Positions 54,729 to 64,000 of a stretch of DNA of 64,000 nucleotides are shown in pieces (position 1 is the first letter of the stretch; each line of letters opens with the position of its first letter). The notes below the pieces were generated by a model. It was not told the DNA's origin. It saw only the letters and a list, made by a program, of their open reading frames with translations, and did not search any database. Both the position numbers and the translations under genes were made by a program. This stretch comes from Salpingoeca rosetta (Eukaryota; Protista; Choanoflagellata), in contig JAWQFM010000012.1 of assembly GCA_033442325.1 (NCBI GenBank), forward strand, positions 1,634,459 through 1,698,458, read 5' to 3'.

Positions 54729-64000
<9,272 letters not shown>

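Overview
Gene-dense eukaryotic genomic DNA. Genes are intron-rich, with GT-AG introns full of (GT)n/(CA)n/(GTTT)n microsatellites. This, plus an HM-motif tyrosine kinase, points to a choanoflagellate, most likely Salpingoeca rosetta (inference). Almost all ORFs in the six-frame track are microsatellite artefacts, so genes were rebuilt by hand from splice sites. In order: a tandem half-LIM zinc-finger/PPxY protein (-), proteasome beta1 (+), an MRTF/myocardin-like RPEL coactivator (+), a C2H2 zinc-finger factor with two metallothionein-like Cys clusters (-), Rab28 (-), NDUFA6 (-), isovaleryl-CoA dehydrogenase (+), a TMEM141-like protein (-), GPI-specific phospholipase D (+), a kinesin-14 with EF-hand/WW/CUE-like N-terminus (+), a GT4 glycosyltransferase (-), a harmonin-N/PTB/HM tyrosine kinase (+), DNAJB9/ERdj4 (-), SNX8/Mvp1 (+), an intron-containing tRNA-Tyr (-), a SOWAH-like ankyrin protein (+) and Vps8 (-, 5' end outside the window). 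There are two 100-N gaps. Best leads: a candidate metal-sensing transcription factor with an internally duplicated Cys module, a unicellular MRTF, the unusual kinase and kinesin architectures, and complementary GT/AC repeats at opposite ends of introns.
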